From NCBI RefSeq assembly GCF_036321535.1, contig NC_087437.1:60390001-60454000 (forward strand): 64,000 bases of DNA. The letters are read 5' to 3'. The notes under the pieces were generated by a model. It worked only from the letters and a program-made list of their open reading frames with translations, did no database searches and was not told the origin of the DNA. This DNA is from Camelus dromedarius. Its lineage: Eukaryota. The translations under genes were made by a program, and so were the position numbers. Position 1 is the first letter of the stretch; every line of letters begins with the position of its first letter. Shown here piece after piece: positions 40,028 to 53,921 of this stretch.

Positions 40028-43000
40028 GAAAATTCAGAAAAATTTTTATTGAAAATGCCTTGCTGTGATCCTACTAGGTAATTTTAGATAGTTAAAAGGG
40101 AATCTAAGTCACTGTACTTATCTACTTAGGAAATAATTAGATAGTTGAATTTGTATTAAAAGAATGTTTTTTCTTTGCTTAAACTTTTGTGGATAGAATT
40201 TTTAAAGACTGTTTTTCCAAATTGAATTACACAGCAGATAGCATTGGTAACAGACTATACAGGTTTCTTCCACTATCTGAAAGTAGAGCATCCTTTGAAA
40301 GCGAAAATGGCATAAAGCAAGGAAGCAATTACTTTAGGATGTATCTTGCTAAGTGGATGTAGAAAATAAATCGAGATAAAGCTCAGGTACTTACAGAACA
40401 GTTCAAAGCTATGACAGCTTGATGCTGAGTGCAGTTCCTCGGGAAGGAGCTTGGCGATGCCACTCTTGCTGCTTGAGGTGCACTCTGCCTCTGTAATGGC
40501 TCATTGCAAAACAAATGCTGAACACTATTTTCACTTTCCGCCTTTCTCCATAAAAGCCAAAATCCTCTTTGGATTTCTGTCATTTAGGGAAAACAAGTAA
40601 TAATGTATGTCTTTTCGTAAAAGGGAACTGGCCTAAAGCAAACTTTCAAAAAGCGAGGTGAAGGGGGTGCCTGTATACAGAAATATAGCTTCAAAGAGTA
40701 CAGGTGTCCTAGTGGCGTTTTTCATTAATGCATGTATTTATGTATGTTCAGAATTTACCATTTAAAGCTTTGCATTTAAATACAACTAAATTTAGATGAA
40801 AATTTTTAACATGTAATTAAAGCAGAGCACTTTTTGGGAAGACGGGGGAAAATATTAACAAAAGGTCAAATTATCCTGCAACTTTTGATTAACGCGTATT
40901 AAAAACAGCTTGCAACAATAAGGGTAAACAAATTTTTCTAATGCATAAGCATAATACCAGTACTGTACATGAGCATAAGCTTTATTTTCTAATACTACTG
41001 GTACTTTAGTATCAGTCACTGCTTACTTAATTTATAGGTAAATAGCAAGTAATCTATGCATGCAAATTCTGAATCACATTTTAAAATAAACTTAGAGTTT
41101 TCATTTGTGGCTGTGAACTTTTGAAAAATAATAAAAGCACCACCTAGTTTGTTGAAAATGTATTTTTTAAAAGTCAGCTCTCTGTGTGACTGAAGCTAAC
41201 CTCTGACTGTACTATTCTTGATGAGACATCCATCCAAGGCAGTTCCAATAATAGGTTATCATGAGGAAGGAGTCATCTGTTAAAGCCTTTTTGCATGCGT
41301 GTATGCATGCATGTGTGTGTGTGAATGTAGGTGGTAGGTAGATAGGTGGAGTAGTAACGCTAAAAGGTGAGTTACTTTCTGGTGTCAGTCTCCAGAAGGA
41401 GGCTTGCTTATCTCTCATCTCTAGTATTAGAACTCAGAGAATAGACCCTGGGGAATGTAGAGAGAATGTAGAGGGTACTTGGAATTCTTAATCTAGATTA
41501 CAAGACTGTCTAGGATGCATTTCCTTGAGGCTGGCTGTTGACAGACTGAGCAAACTTATTGTGCCAGGGTATGCCAACTCTTTAGATTAGAATTAGCTAT
41601 TTCAAAATAGTAGGTGCAATAAGACCAGAGCCTAAGATTCCCTGGGAGGAAATGAGCTGTGTTAAGATCAGAAACTTATATTTTGTAAAGGAAATTACAT
41701 TTTTTTATTCTTCCATAATATAAGACTAGAAGCTCTTATGAGTTCATGCTTTTACTAACTGTTCCCTAAGGGAAGCCATTATAAAGCTTTTTGTAATAGA
41801 ACGTTAAAGTGTACTTGGTGGCAGCAGTTATTAAAGTGAGAGAATCCCAGAGAGAAGTCAGCACACCCAGTAAAAGTCAGGAATGTTTTTGTGAGTGTCT
41901 TCTCACAGGAAGATATTCCAAGGTGCTAAATTTTGGTGATTCTGTTTTTATTAGAAGTGATGTAGTTACCTTACAGCTATGGTTCTTGGCCTAGGATATA
42001 GGTAGCTTCAGGAACAAGCATGGTATATTGGTGGGTATCAAAAAGTGTGTGTGTGTATATATATATATTTTTATTGAGTATATTTTTAATAAGAAAAAGA
42101 CTTTAAAATCTTATTTTCATATTGAAACTTGTGATATATCATTTGAGTAGGTTAATGGATAATCTGTGTAAGTGTAATTATATATGTGGTATTTGTATAA
42201 GATGAAAGATAAGGTTTTGAAGAAATACTGTATGTATAGCTATGATTCCTTGCTCTATCTCCTCATATCCTTGATGATTTGTTTTTTGTTATTAGAAATT
42301 TGGTGGAAAAGTTTGAGAAGCACTGTCTAACTGTTATGTAATTGCCTTCCCTTCTCACCAGCCCTCCCAGCTCCCTACCCCTTCCCTGAAGGGAAAAGTC
42401 TTAACAGCATAGCTTTGACCTGTATGGCCCATTTACTTCACTTAGTTCATTCAGGCTTAAAGATTGTGTTTGCAAGTAATTAAATTCTAAACTGACAATG
42501 GCTTGGAGCAAGTGGGCCTTTATTTTTTATCCTAATTATAATCAGCTTGGAAGTATGCAGCCACTATAGCTGGTGACATCTCTGCCTTTCTCTTGGCCTT
42601 TGCCTCGTTTAAAGATGACTGTTGGAGCTCTAGCCCTGAAAACAGGAAGAGATGGGAAAGGGAAAGGAGTGTAGTTTATAAAGCTAAAAGGCATCTGCTT
42701 ATAGTTCACTGATTAGAACCATGACATATAGGCTCTAGTAGTAGTAAGGGAGAGTAGGACACCTAGCATTTAGCTTTTATAGCCTTTTTATTAGAGAAGA
42801 GTAAAGAAAATAAATTGTAGTATTAGGTGAAGCAACCTACAGAGTCTGACTTCGTGTATAAGTGCAGTAATTTTTTTTTTACTGAAATCTGATCAATTGC
42901 AGACATGCTAATAGATATGGCTAATTAAATGATATTATCTATTTAGTTGAAATAAAACAGTGAAGTCCAGTTGGAGCTCTTTTCACTTCTTTCACTTCTT

Positions 43001-43196
43001 TGCTCTAACCTTCAGAAGTGAAAGTAAACATTGCAAAAACCTACCTTTGGATTAGTTCTATACACACTGAGGTATAAGAAGCGTGTCCCTTTAGCCTGGG
43101 ATTATGGTATATGGTACCTAGGGCTTCCCTCAGACCAGTTTACTAATAAGCATTAATAGGTGACTTCACATATTCTTATTTAAGAATACAGTTTCA

Positions 43197-43295
43197 TATG
43201 AAAACAAATATATGTATGTATATGCATGACTGGAACATTGTGCTATATACCAGAAATTGACACATTGTAACTGACTATACTTCAATTAAAAAAAA
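43197..43295 (+). mobile_element. About 100-bp extreme 3' end of young L1
   Basis: Near copy of 26661-26762; TSD aagaata(ca)gtttca on both sides. Confidence 0.85.
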
Positions 43296-44331
43296 AAGAA
43301 TAGTTTCAAAATAGATTACAAATTGGGAAATACTCTGTAATGAATAATGACCAATATCAGACTGCTCATTCTAATTAGATAATTGGATTAGAATAATTTT
43401 TAACAATAATGTTAAATGCCTTATGTTAAAGCACAAGCTTCCTCTAATATCTTCCTCCTTTTTCTAAGATTGAATATACTTTGTCTTGGCTGTGTTCCCA
43501 ACTTTGACAGTGAACCAATATCTTTAGTGTACTGTTCTGTTTGGGATTCTTTTGAGGGGGGGGCGGTTATAGTCAGGTTACAATGTTGTGTGGAATTCTT
43601 TTTTATTGACTGCTTGGTTTCTCCAAATGAGAAAAGTTATTCTTCAGTAACTTTGGGTCTTCAGTTAATTCCTCAGTCCTTCAGGATACTGTATTAAATT
43701 CCTTCCTTAAAGTAAATGTATTAAAGTAAATAATTCTTCGATGTATGGTAAATAGTTTCTGGTAGCACTTGCTGATAGCACTAGGCCTGTAAGTCTACAG
43801 GTAGAAATAGCTGCTTATTTGTTTTCCCTCATATCCATTTAAAACCATATACTATGATATATTAATAATTAGTCTTTTACTTTATTTGAAAATCTGTTAC
43901 TTTTGAATGTAGTTTTTCTTGTATTCCTTTAAGAATGTATTTATATGTGTATGCATGAAATTTTCTTTTTCACAATTGAGTTACAAGTGGAAAACTTGAC
44001 AAATTTTGAAAGAATATTTCACTTTAAAACAAACACCACCTGTTTGATTATATAACATTGAAACTGGTATTATTTAAGGAATTTACAACAGGAGATATGT
44101 CTACTATAATTTTTATGAAGAAAATCACAGTCATTATTTGATTGACTCATTCATTCATGTATGCATTCATTTAACATTCATTCAGTAATTATTTATTGAG
44201 CATCTGTACTAGGGGGATATAGCAGTGAACAAAGGAAATCCTGCTCTAATTTAGAAATTTGGTGAGAATGTTGGAATAAAAACCCGGTAAGAAAACGCAG
44301 TGTACATGATTAGTGATTGCTTTTTAAGCTT

Positions 44332-44732
44332 TGTGTTAGTTTACTAGGACTTTCATAATAAAATACCGCAGACTGAAAGGCTTAAACAGCAAAGTTCTAT
44401 TTTCTCTTTGTTCTTGAAGCTGAAGTCCAAGAATCTGGCAGAGTTGATTTTTTCTCTCAGATCTTTCTCCTTGGATTGCAGAGGGCCATCCTTTTGCTGC
44501 CTTTTCTCAGTCTGTTTCCTTTGTGCACTGTCTCCCCCTTGTGTGTCTCTCAGTGTGTTCACATTTCCTCTTATAAGGACACCAGTCAGATTAGATTATC
44601 ATACCCTAATGGCTTCATTTTAACATCATCATGTCTTTAAAAGCCCTATCTCCAAATGCAGTCATATTCTGAGGTACTAGGACTTAGGGATTCAACAGAT
44701 GAATTTTGGGGTGCACAATTCAACCCAAAACA
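44332..44732 (-). mobile_element. MLT1 (ERVL-MaLR) solo LTR inserted in an L2 remnant
   Basis: TG...CA termini (tgtgttagtttactagg ... caattcaacccaaaaca) with the typical cttataaggacaccagtca motif. Confidence 0.82.
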
Positions 44733-45734
44733 AGGACCGTATTAATTAAGGAAGAATTAGGACTTCAAAGTTCCACAAACATGTGAGGGAAGTTTTGAAT
44801 GTAAAACATTTATGATATATCACATTCTTGGAGTGCATTTTATTATAAAGTTTACTGAGCATTTATAAACTTGGTTTGAACATATCCCATCAGTGGTGAT
44901 TGCAGGTGATGTGATTTTTAAATATTTACTTAAAAAATTACTTGAGTTTTCAGATGAAGAAAGTCAGAGCAGCCTCTGCTTCCCAATTTGGCTACCATAT
45001 TCCTATTTACTACCAAATAGGTAGAAGAAGACAAAGAAGACATTTCTTGAGTTTATATTTCGGAATGGGAGGTAGGAAAAAAGACAAAGAATGTTTTGGT
45101 AATCTGAATTTTAATTTCAAAACAGGATTATATATATACATATATGTGTATGTGTGTGTGTTTGATGGCTACCTATGTTTGAACTAATATATGCCTCAGG
45201 TACATTATGTGACGAGGACTTTTTATGGGTTGGCTTTAGGAACCTAATCATAATTTATATTGTAAGGATTTCAGGTTGTTTCAAATACTCAAAAAGTACT
45301 GATTTTTGAACTGTAACTTATCAATTGGAAACTGCCTCTATAAAAACATCCTGGGCAGCAGCAGAAGTTGTAGTTCCTGATTCATCCTGCAGAAGTAGAA
45401 AATAATGGTAACTTTAGTTTGACAATATGTTTTGAGGAGTGAAACAAATTCATTTTCTGGACTTAAGGTCCAGGAGTGGGTTTGTTCTGACAGTACAGCT
45501 GTGTGGTTTTTTTTTTTTTTTTTAAGAAAAAATAAATCCGTTTTAAACTATCCTTGGCATTTTCTGAAATTAAAATATATGTAAAAGAAATCTTTCCCTG
45601 AATTTCGTAGCCATTAAGAAATGTGGTACCCAGGCCACTGGGACCTCCTGGCAGATTTTTTTAAGGGATCCTCAGTTGGTTTTAGAGGGAAAAAAGCAAT
45701 GCAAGTTTGACGAATTTCACAATTTTTTCTTTCT

Positions 45735-45915
45735 TTTTAATTTGAAGTATAGTTGACTTACAATATTATGTTTGTTTCAGGTGTACAACACAGTGATTCA
45801 GTATTTTTATAGACTGTACTCTATTTTAAGTTATTATAAAATATGGGCTATATTCCCTGTGCTGTACAGTAATCCTTGTAGCTTATTTATTTTATACTTA
45901 GTAGTTTGTACCTCA
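45735..45915 (-). mobile_element. L1 3' end fragment
   Basis: tgaagtatagttgacttacaatattatgtttgtttcaggtgtacaacacagtgattcag. Confidence 0.75.
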
Positions 45916-47312
45916 AATGTAAAGTAAGTTGTGATTGTCATTAATTCCATTATGTTCTTTTCATTATTCTCATAAAGATATCTGCTATACACACTGCCTT
46001 GATTATGTCTCTTAGTTAATAATCACTTAACCTTCAGTGTACCTGGAAAATTATTCATCATTCTTTGTGAGCCTTTTATTTTTAATTGCTATTCTTTTTA
46101 TTTTTGAATATTTTAAGTCACTTTATAAATAATTTGCAGAGGAATAATTTTTAAAACTGCATTTAGAAATTTTAATTAGAACCTAAACATAACAAATCCA
46201 GTTTTTAAAATCAGCTTTACTAAGGTATAATTGACACACAATAAACTATACATATTAAAAAGGTTGCAGTTTTACAAGATTTGACATATATATGTATACA
46301 CACACACACACTTGTGAAACCATCACTACAGTCAAGATAGTGAACATGTCCATCACTCCTATAAGTTTCCTCAAGCTTCTTTTCAATTCCTTCTTGTATT
46401 TCTCCCAGACTACTACTGGTTTAATTTTTGTCATTATAGATTAGTTTGAACTTTCTAGAGTTTTACATAAATGAAATAATAATATATGTTCTATTTTTTT
46501 AACCGGGCTTCTTTCAGATTATTTTAAGTTTCACTGACATCATTGCCCAAATCAGTAATACATTCTTTTTAGTTGATGAATAATATTCCATTATATGTAT
46601 ATAACACATTTGGTTTTGAAGATATTTATGTCAAAAATGTGCAGTGTCTTTTGATTGTAACTAACCACTCATAAGCTAACATGCATGAACATGCAATATA
46701 TATCCATTTGGTACATGCTGATTCAAGATATCAATTTCTGTTTTTTTATAAGCTTTGATGATTCATAATTTTGTTGTAGAGAAAACATTCGTTTGTCTTT
46801 GATCCATAATTGCTAAGCATTTTCATTTTTAAATTTATCAACACCAATTAGAATGATCAACTTAGTGAATTTTTTCATTTCTGCACCATCTGTTTCCTTC
46901 AGTTCACCTTTGTATACACAGCTAGCTTGAACAGTTGTCTACTTATGAACTGCATGGAGAAAGTCGTGGTGCATAAATGTAAAAAATAATAGTATACTGT
47001 TACACTTTCCTTTAGGTTAGCAGTATGGTCCAAGTTCTTGTCAAAAAATGTTGCATAATAAAGTCCTTGACTAAGTGGATGAAAAGCAGATTTTTGTCTT
47101 TAGTTTTTCACTCATCTGTTCTTGAAATTAAGAAGATTCATTTAGAATATTGTCATCTGAAGATTTGTAGTCTTAGATTTTACTTATATAACCAGATTCA
47201 CCATCATCATTAGTTTACAGTGCTGCTCTGTTTTCATTCATTCATTCTGTTCTTCTGATCAGCTAGTAATTGGAAAATGTCAGTTTATTTTTCTCTTTCC
47301 CGTTGTTGTTGG

Positions 47313-47500
47313 TGTGCAGAAAAGAGTTAACGTAACATAAATTGCTGTTCTTGAAAAGGTCTGCTTGCAAAGCTGGTCCTTGGCTGGTATCTGGGAACTT
47401 AGATTTCAAGAGGATACCCTCCACTGACTGATAAAAGTGGTTCACTGTGCCTAAACTGTTTATGCAAACAGTATGGTTTATGCTGATCACTCCCTTCTGC
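47313..47500 (+). mobile_element. Partial ERVL LTR (MER68-like)
   Basis: tgtgcagaaaagagttaac...ctgcttgcaaagctggtccttggctggtatctgggaactt, recalled as the MER68 5' end. Confidence 0.6.
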
Positions 47501-48843
47501 AAAGGTGATATCTGAAGGATGATGCAATAGTGATGATTTATTTCAAGATAGAATGAATTTTATTCTATATATAAGAAAGTACATTTCCTTTTTGTTATAT
47601 GGAAGCCCTTACAAAAGAACAAAAATTAGGGAAGAGCAATCCTTACAGATAGAATTGCTTAAAACACACACATCAGACTAGAATTGGGTTCATTAAACCC
47701 TGATGGTCTACCAAAGGTTTAGTAAATGGTAGTTTCTTAATCATTTGCAACTATTTAAAATTTGCATTTATTAAATATTGAGTAAATACAAACTAATATG
47801 TAAGAAATATGTTGAATTGTAAAGAATCTCTATGTAACATTAAGAATAATCAAAAATTACTACCTAGTTATTTAGAAGTCTCCTTTTTGCCTGCCTCAGA
47901 TCCCATCCCATTCCTTTCATATTCAATAATTATAATTCTGTATTTGGGATTGCTTGCTTTTCTCTATAACTTCTAAACAGTATTGTATTGTTTTGCACAT
48001 TTTTGAACCACTGGATAGTGTGACTATTCATTTCTTTCACCTACTTTTCTTTCTGTTGGATTGCTTTTCTTTTTCTTACTGATTTGTGGGGATTTTTAAA
48101 ACATTCTGAATTTAAATTTGTTGTGGTTGTAAGGATCAGAAATGCCTTCTCCCATTCTATGGCTTATGATGTTTTAACCAGCCCTTTTTGATATTTTTTG
48201 ATCATTAGATCACATAATTTTAATGTCAGACTACCAGTCTTTTTTTGTTGTTTTATACATTTCATGTCTTGTTTTGAATATTCTTCCAGAGCCAGAAGTC
48301 ATAAAGAGAAATCTGCCGTATTATATTCTGAAAGTTTTATAGTTTTGACTTTCACATCTGCCTGAAATTAATTTTTTTTTGTATGAGATGTAGAAATCCC
48401 ATTTCAATTTTTCTAATGGCTACCCAGTTGTCCTAGTCTCACTTACTGACAAGTTTTTTCCATCTTCCCAGTGATCTGTACTGTGTCATAAATTCCCATA
48501 TGTGAGTCCATTTCTGGGTTCTTTCTTTTGTTCCACACAGCAGTTACTCATTGTCTTAATCACTACAGCTTTAAAATACTACCAGTTCTGACTGTTGACT
48601 TACATACTATTTTGTATTTTCTCTATAAAGTAATATCATTTGTGACTCATGACAACTTAGCTGATATTATGAAAAAGGACTTCCTGGGTCAAGGGTGATG
48701 TGTGTTTTATATTTTGGTAGTGTTAAATTGCTGGCAAGAAAAAGTTATCCTCATTTACATTTCCACTCATTTGTTAAGAGTTTCTGTTTTTCCATACCCT
48801 CACCAACACTAGGTATTACCAGGCATTTATGTTTTTGTTCATG

Positions 48844-49488
48844 TGTTGCAGGAAAATGGGGCACTAGAGGATGGTCGTGTCCCAGGTCTCAAGCGAGTCC
48901 CTGGGATGCTCCCTGCCAAGTAAGGGTCCTTGGCTTCGGGCGGGGAAGAACTCAAGAGTAAGCCACAGTAAAGTGAACGTAGATTTATTCAGAGAGTTAC
49001 ACACTCCATAGACAGAGTACGAGCGCAAGAGATGCCCTAGGAGGTACACATCCCATAGGCAGAGTGTGGTCTGTCTCAGAAAGGAGAGCTGCTCCAGGGT
49101 ATGGGGTCATCTGGGAAAGTGAGAGTGGCCCAGAGGTGCAGGGGTTGTTAAATTTCTATGGGATGGGTAATTTCATAGGCTAACAAGTGGGAGGATTATT
49201 CCAACTATTTGGGGGAAGGTGTGGGAATTTCCAGGAATTGGGCCACCACCCACTTTTTGGCCTTTTATGACCAGCCTTGGAACTGTCATGGTGCCTGTGG
49301 GTGTGTCATTTAGCAAGCTAATGTATTACAGTGAGCATACAATGAATCTCAAGGTCTACTGGAAGTCAAATCTTCCGCCATCTTGGGCCTAGTTGGTTCT
49401 GACCAGTTTCTATCATATCCTGTTTTTTTTCTTAGGGGCTGTGTCATTATTTTAATGACTGTGCCCTGCCCTCTTCCTTCCTGTCTCA
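48844..49488 (-). mobile_element. Solo ERV1-type LTR (MER41-like), 645 bp
   Basis: TG...CA termini; - strand begins tgagacaggaagg; AATAAA on - strand (tttatt near 48985); GC-rich with retained CpGs; interrupts an older L1. Confidence 0.75.
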
Positions 49489-51247
49489 GATCTGCCCAGA
49501 TAGTAAGTGTATTTCTTTATGAGTGGAAGGGTGAACATCTTTTCATATTGATTATTGGCTGTTTGTAATTCCTTTTGAAATGAATTGCTAATTTATGACA
49601 TAGTAATTTTTTTAATTGAGTAATGAGACTTTAGTATACATTAGAAAACTAGCCTTTTTGTAATATAATTCTACTCTTATCCTACAACCAGAGTTTTCTT
49701 TCTAAATTAGTGATACAGAGATTTTAAACTTTGTGTATTCAAGTTTATTAGGGTTTTTTTGTTTGTTTCTAGATATTGTTTCTTACTTAGATTTTGCCGT
49801 TCCAAGTGTGTAAACAAATTCATCAATGTTTTGTTTAAGTGTTTGGCTCAATTCTTTACATTTAGATCTGTGATCTAACGTGTAATTTTTTCTTTTTTAA
49901 AGTTATGCTGTAAAAAATCCTGATTTTTCCAGATGTCCATTTACTAAACACTATTCAATCAGTAATCTGTAATTCCCCCACTGATTTAAAATCTTCTTAT
50001 CACATTACTGAATAATCATATGTATTTTGTTTTGTTGTTGGACTCTGTTCAGTCGATTTGTTTGCTTATGTTTGTGCTGTTATCAAGCTTTTAATTATTG
50101 AGGACTTCTAACACTTCTTTATACTTGATAGAATAGTTGCCTTTCATGACTTTTTAGTTCATAATTTTCTTGCCTTCTCACATGCTAGTTTTTTCAAATG
50201 ATGATTACTAATACCCTGCCAAGCACTCTTACACAGATAAAGCTAGCATTATAGTTTTGATTGTAAACACACTCAGTTTATTGATTATTTTCTTGGAAAA
50301 TTCGAACTATTAAAGTATCAGACCTTTATCCAAGAATGACTATGTTTTCCCATTTATTCGGTGTTACTTTATTCACTTCGGTAAAATTTTGTTTTCTTTA
50401 TAGAGTCCTTTAAATTTTAATTCACATTCTCTCTGTTACTTTTGCTCCTGAGGATGGGATCTATTCCAACAGATACACAGAAATTTACTGTTTTATTTAA
50501 TCATTTTTGAAGTATAATTTTGTTCAGTAAACTGCATCTTCATAAAATGTACAATTTGATTAGTTTTGACAGCTATAAAGTCCTGTGAAACCACTGCCGT
50601 GATCAAGTTACAGAGTATTTCCCTCATTCCAAAACTATTCTTTTTGCTCTTTTGCATTCCATCTAACTTTCTATTCCCTACCAGATACCACTGATACACC
50701 TTTTGTCACTATAAATAATATTTATTTTCAAAAATTTTATATAAATGAATTCATATAGTAAGTACTGTTTTGTTTCTGGCTTCTTTAACTCAGCATAATG
50801 CTTTTGAGAGTCATTGAGGTGGTTGCTTGTGTCAGTAGTTTTCTTTTTATTGCAAAGGTATATTCCATTATATGGATTTATTACATTTTGTTTATTCATA
50901 TCTGTTGATCGACATTTACATTGGTACCAGTTTGGGGCAATTTTGAATAGTCTGAAGCTTCATGTACGAGTTTTTTGTGTGGACATATCTTTTTATTTCT
51001 GTTGGATATCTAGTGGTTGTTTTCATTTCCTAGGTATAAGAATGGTGAGTTCATATTCTAGCAGTGTGTGGGAGTCCCAGTTGTGTCACATTCTCACCAA
51101 TATTTGTCTTTTCTAAAAAAACTTTAGCCATTTTAGTGGGTACGCAGTAGTATCTCATTGTGGTTTTATTTTACATTTCCTTACGACTTAAGATGTTGAG
51201 CATATTTTCATGTTTGACATTAGTATCTATTCTTTTGCGAAGTTTTC

Positions 51248-51695
51248 TGTGTCTTCTCAGAGAAACAGATATGTTGGAGTCCTAACCCCTGTGACCTCAG
51301 AATGTGACCTTAATTTGGAGATAGAGTCTCTACAGATGTAATCAAATTGACTAGGGTGGGCACTAATCCAATATGGCTGGTGTTCTTATAACAAGGGAAA
51401 TTTTGGACATAGAGACAGGCACACAGCAAGAATGCCATGTGAAGATCAAGGCAGAGATCTGGGTGATGCATCCACAGCTAAGGAATGCCAGAGAGTGCCG
51501 GCAAGCCACCAGAAGCAGGAAAGAAGCATAGAATAGATTCTTCTTTACAATTCTCATAAGGAACTGGATGTGCTGACATCTTGATCTCAGACTTCTAGGC
51601 TCCAGCACTGTGAGATAATAAATTTCTGTTGTTTAAGTTGTTCAAGCCACCCGTCTTTTGGTACTTTGTTATAGTAGCCTTAGCAAACTAATACA
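51248..51695 (+). mobile_element. MLT1 (ERVL-MaLR) solo LTR
   Basis: gacctcagaatgtgacct...ctaatccaatatggctggtgttcttataac...aataaatttctgttgtttaag...gcaaactaataca. Confidence 0.85.
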
Positions 51696-53921
51696 TGAAG
51701 TGTTATATAAACTTGTCCCCAGTTTAAAAACCTGAATTGTTTGTTTTCCTATTGAGTTTTAAAGATCTTTATATATTCAGATCTGAATCCTTTGTCAGAT
51801 TTATTTATTGCAAATCTTTTCTTTCATTTTGTAGTTTGCCTTTTACTTTCCTTACTGATGATTTTGAAGAGCAAACATTTTAATAAAGCCCGGTTTGTCA
51901 GATGTTTTTATTATTGTGTTATTTGTGTTCTATATAGTAAGTCTTTTTCTACCCAAAGTTTGCAATTTTTTTCTTATATGGAGAACATTTCTTCTAGAAG
52001 TTTTATAATTTTAGATTTTACTTTTAGGTCTGTGGTCCATTTTGAATTAATTTGCATGTGAGGTGAGGTAAGGGTCAGTGTTAGTGTCTTTCTATATGAA
52101 TATCCAGTTGTTGCATCGTTTGTTGAAAAGCCTTTTCCATCCCTCATGAATTGCTGTTGCACTTCGTCAAAAATGAATGAATCATATATGTGTGAATTTA
52201 TTTTCGAACTCTGTATTCTGTTCCATTGATAAATCTGTCCACCTTTTAGCCAGTACCACACTATGTTGACATCAGGTATTGTAAGCCTTTCAACTTTGTT
52301 CTTTTTAAAATTTGGTTTGGCTATTCCAAGTCATCTACATTTTAACATTTTGCAGTCAGTTTATCAGTTTCTACAAAAAGAGTGCTGGAATTACTATTGA
52401 AATTCCATTGAATCTATAGATTATTTGAAGAAAATTAACAACTGAGTCTTCCAACCCAGAAACATATTACGTCTCTCTCTTTCTTTAGGTCTTAATTTCT
52501 TTTAGCAGTACTCTATAATTTGCAGTGAAGTGTCTTGGACATCTTTTATTAATTTATTCCTAAATTTTATCTTTTTTTGGTGTTGATGTAAGTGGAATTT
52601 TTAGAAAGTTTTTGATTTTCAGTTATTTGCTTTTGGTATAAAAATACAATTTGATTGATTAACCTAGTGTCCTGCAACCTTGTTAAATTTGACTATTGGT
52701 TTTAGTAGTTTCGTAAATTCTTTATAAATATTTAGTGTAAACAATCATGTCATTTGTAAATAGAGACAATTTTATTTCTTCTTTACTGGCTTTTATGCTT
52801 TTTATTTCTTTTACTTGTCTTCTAGCCATGGTTAGGATATTCAGCAATAATGTTGGTAGAAATAAGAAGCATGAGAATTCTGTTTTGTTCCCTATCTTAA
52901 TGAGGGGAATGTTCAGCATTTCACCATTAGATGTGTTAGCTGTGGGGGTTTTGTATATGCTCTTTGGATTGAGATTGTTCTGGACTTTTGGTTTGCCGAG
53001 AATTTTATCATGAATTAATGTTAAATTGAGTCATATTTTTTCCATATGTCTTGAAATGATCGTATGGTTTTTCTCTTATTCTGTTAACATGGAGAATTTC
53101 ACTGTTTTTTTCAGATGTTAAGCTAACTTTGTCTTCATGATAAATTTTATTTAGTCATGATATGTTGTTTGGATTATCACTTTCATATTCAATTTGCTAA
53201 TTTTTAAAAAGAATTTTGCATGTGTTCGTGAGGGATATTGGTTCATCATTTTCTTCTATAATGTCTTTGTCAGAGTTTAGTATTAAGGCTATGCTGGTCT
53301 TATGCTGGTTGGGAAATGTTCTCTTTTTTATAAGAATTTGTGTAAAAATGTTACTTCTTTCTTAAATGTTTGGTAGAAGTCACATTTAGGCCTGGAGTCT
53401 TCTCTGTAGAAGAATTTTGATAACAAATTCAATTTCTTAAATAGATATGGGGCCCTCAGATTTACTGTTTTCGTATTGTGTCAGAATATTGTGTGTGGTA
53501 AGAAGTATTTTTCAAGGAATTTCTTTTTTTTTTCCCTAAGGAATTTCTTGATTTCATGTAACCTGTTGAATTATTTGGCCTAAAGTTGTTCGTAATTATT
53601 TTCTTGTCTTTTTAAAGTATATAGGTGTTTTTAGTGAGAATTTCTCTTTAATTCTTGATGTAGGCGATTGCATTCTTTTTCCTTTATCAGTCTAGAAAAA
53701 GGGTTTATTCATTTTGTTGATATTTGACTTTCGAAATATTCTCAATTGTCTGTTTTCTACTTCATTGATTTGTGTCCTTTATTATTTTCTTCGTTCTCTT
53801 CTTTTTTGGGTTTACTTTAATCTTCTTTTTGTAGCCTCTTGAGGTGAATTCTTAGGTCACTGCTTTTAGACTTTCTTCCCTAGTGTAAACATTTAAAGCT
53901 ACAAATTTCCTTCAAAGTACT

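Noticed and set aside
40696..40720. Second CTCF-like motif (CCACTAGGACAC on -)
   Set aside because: Lacks the GGC end of the core; weak match.
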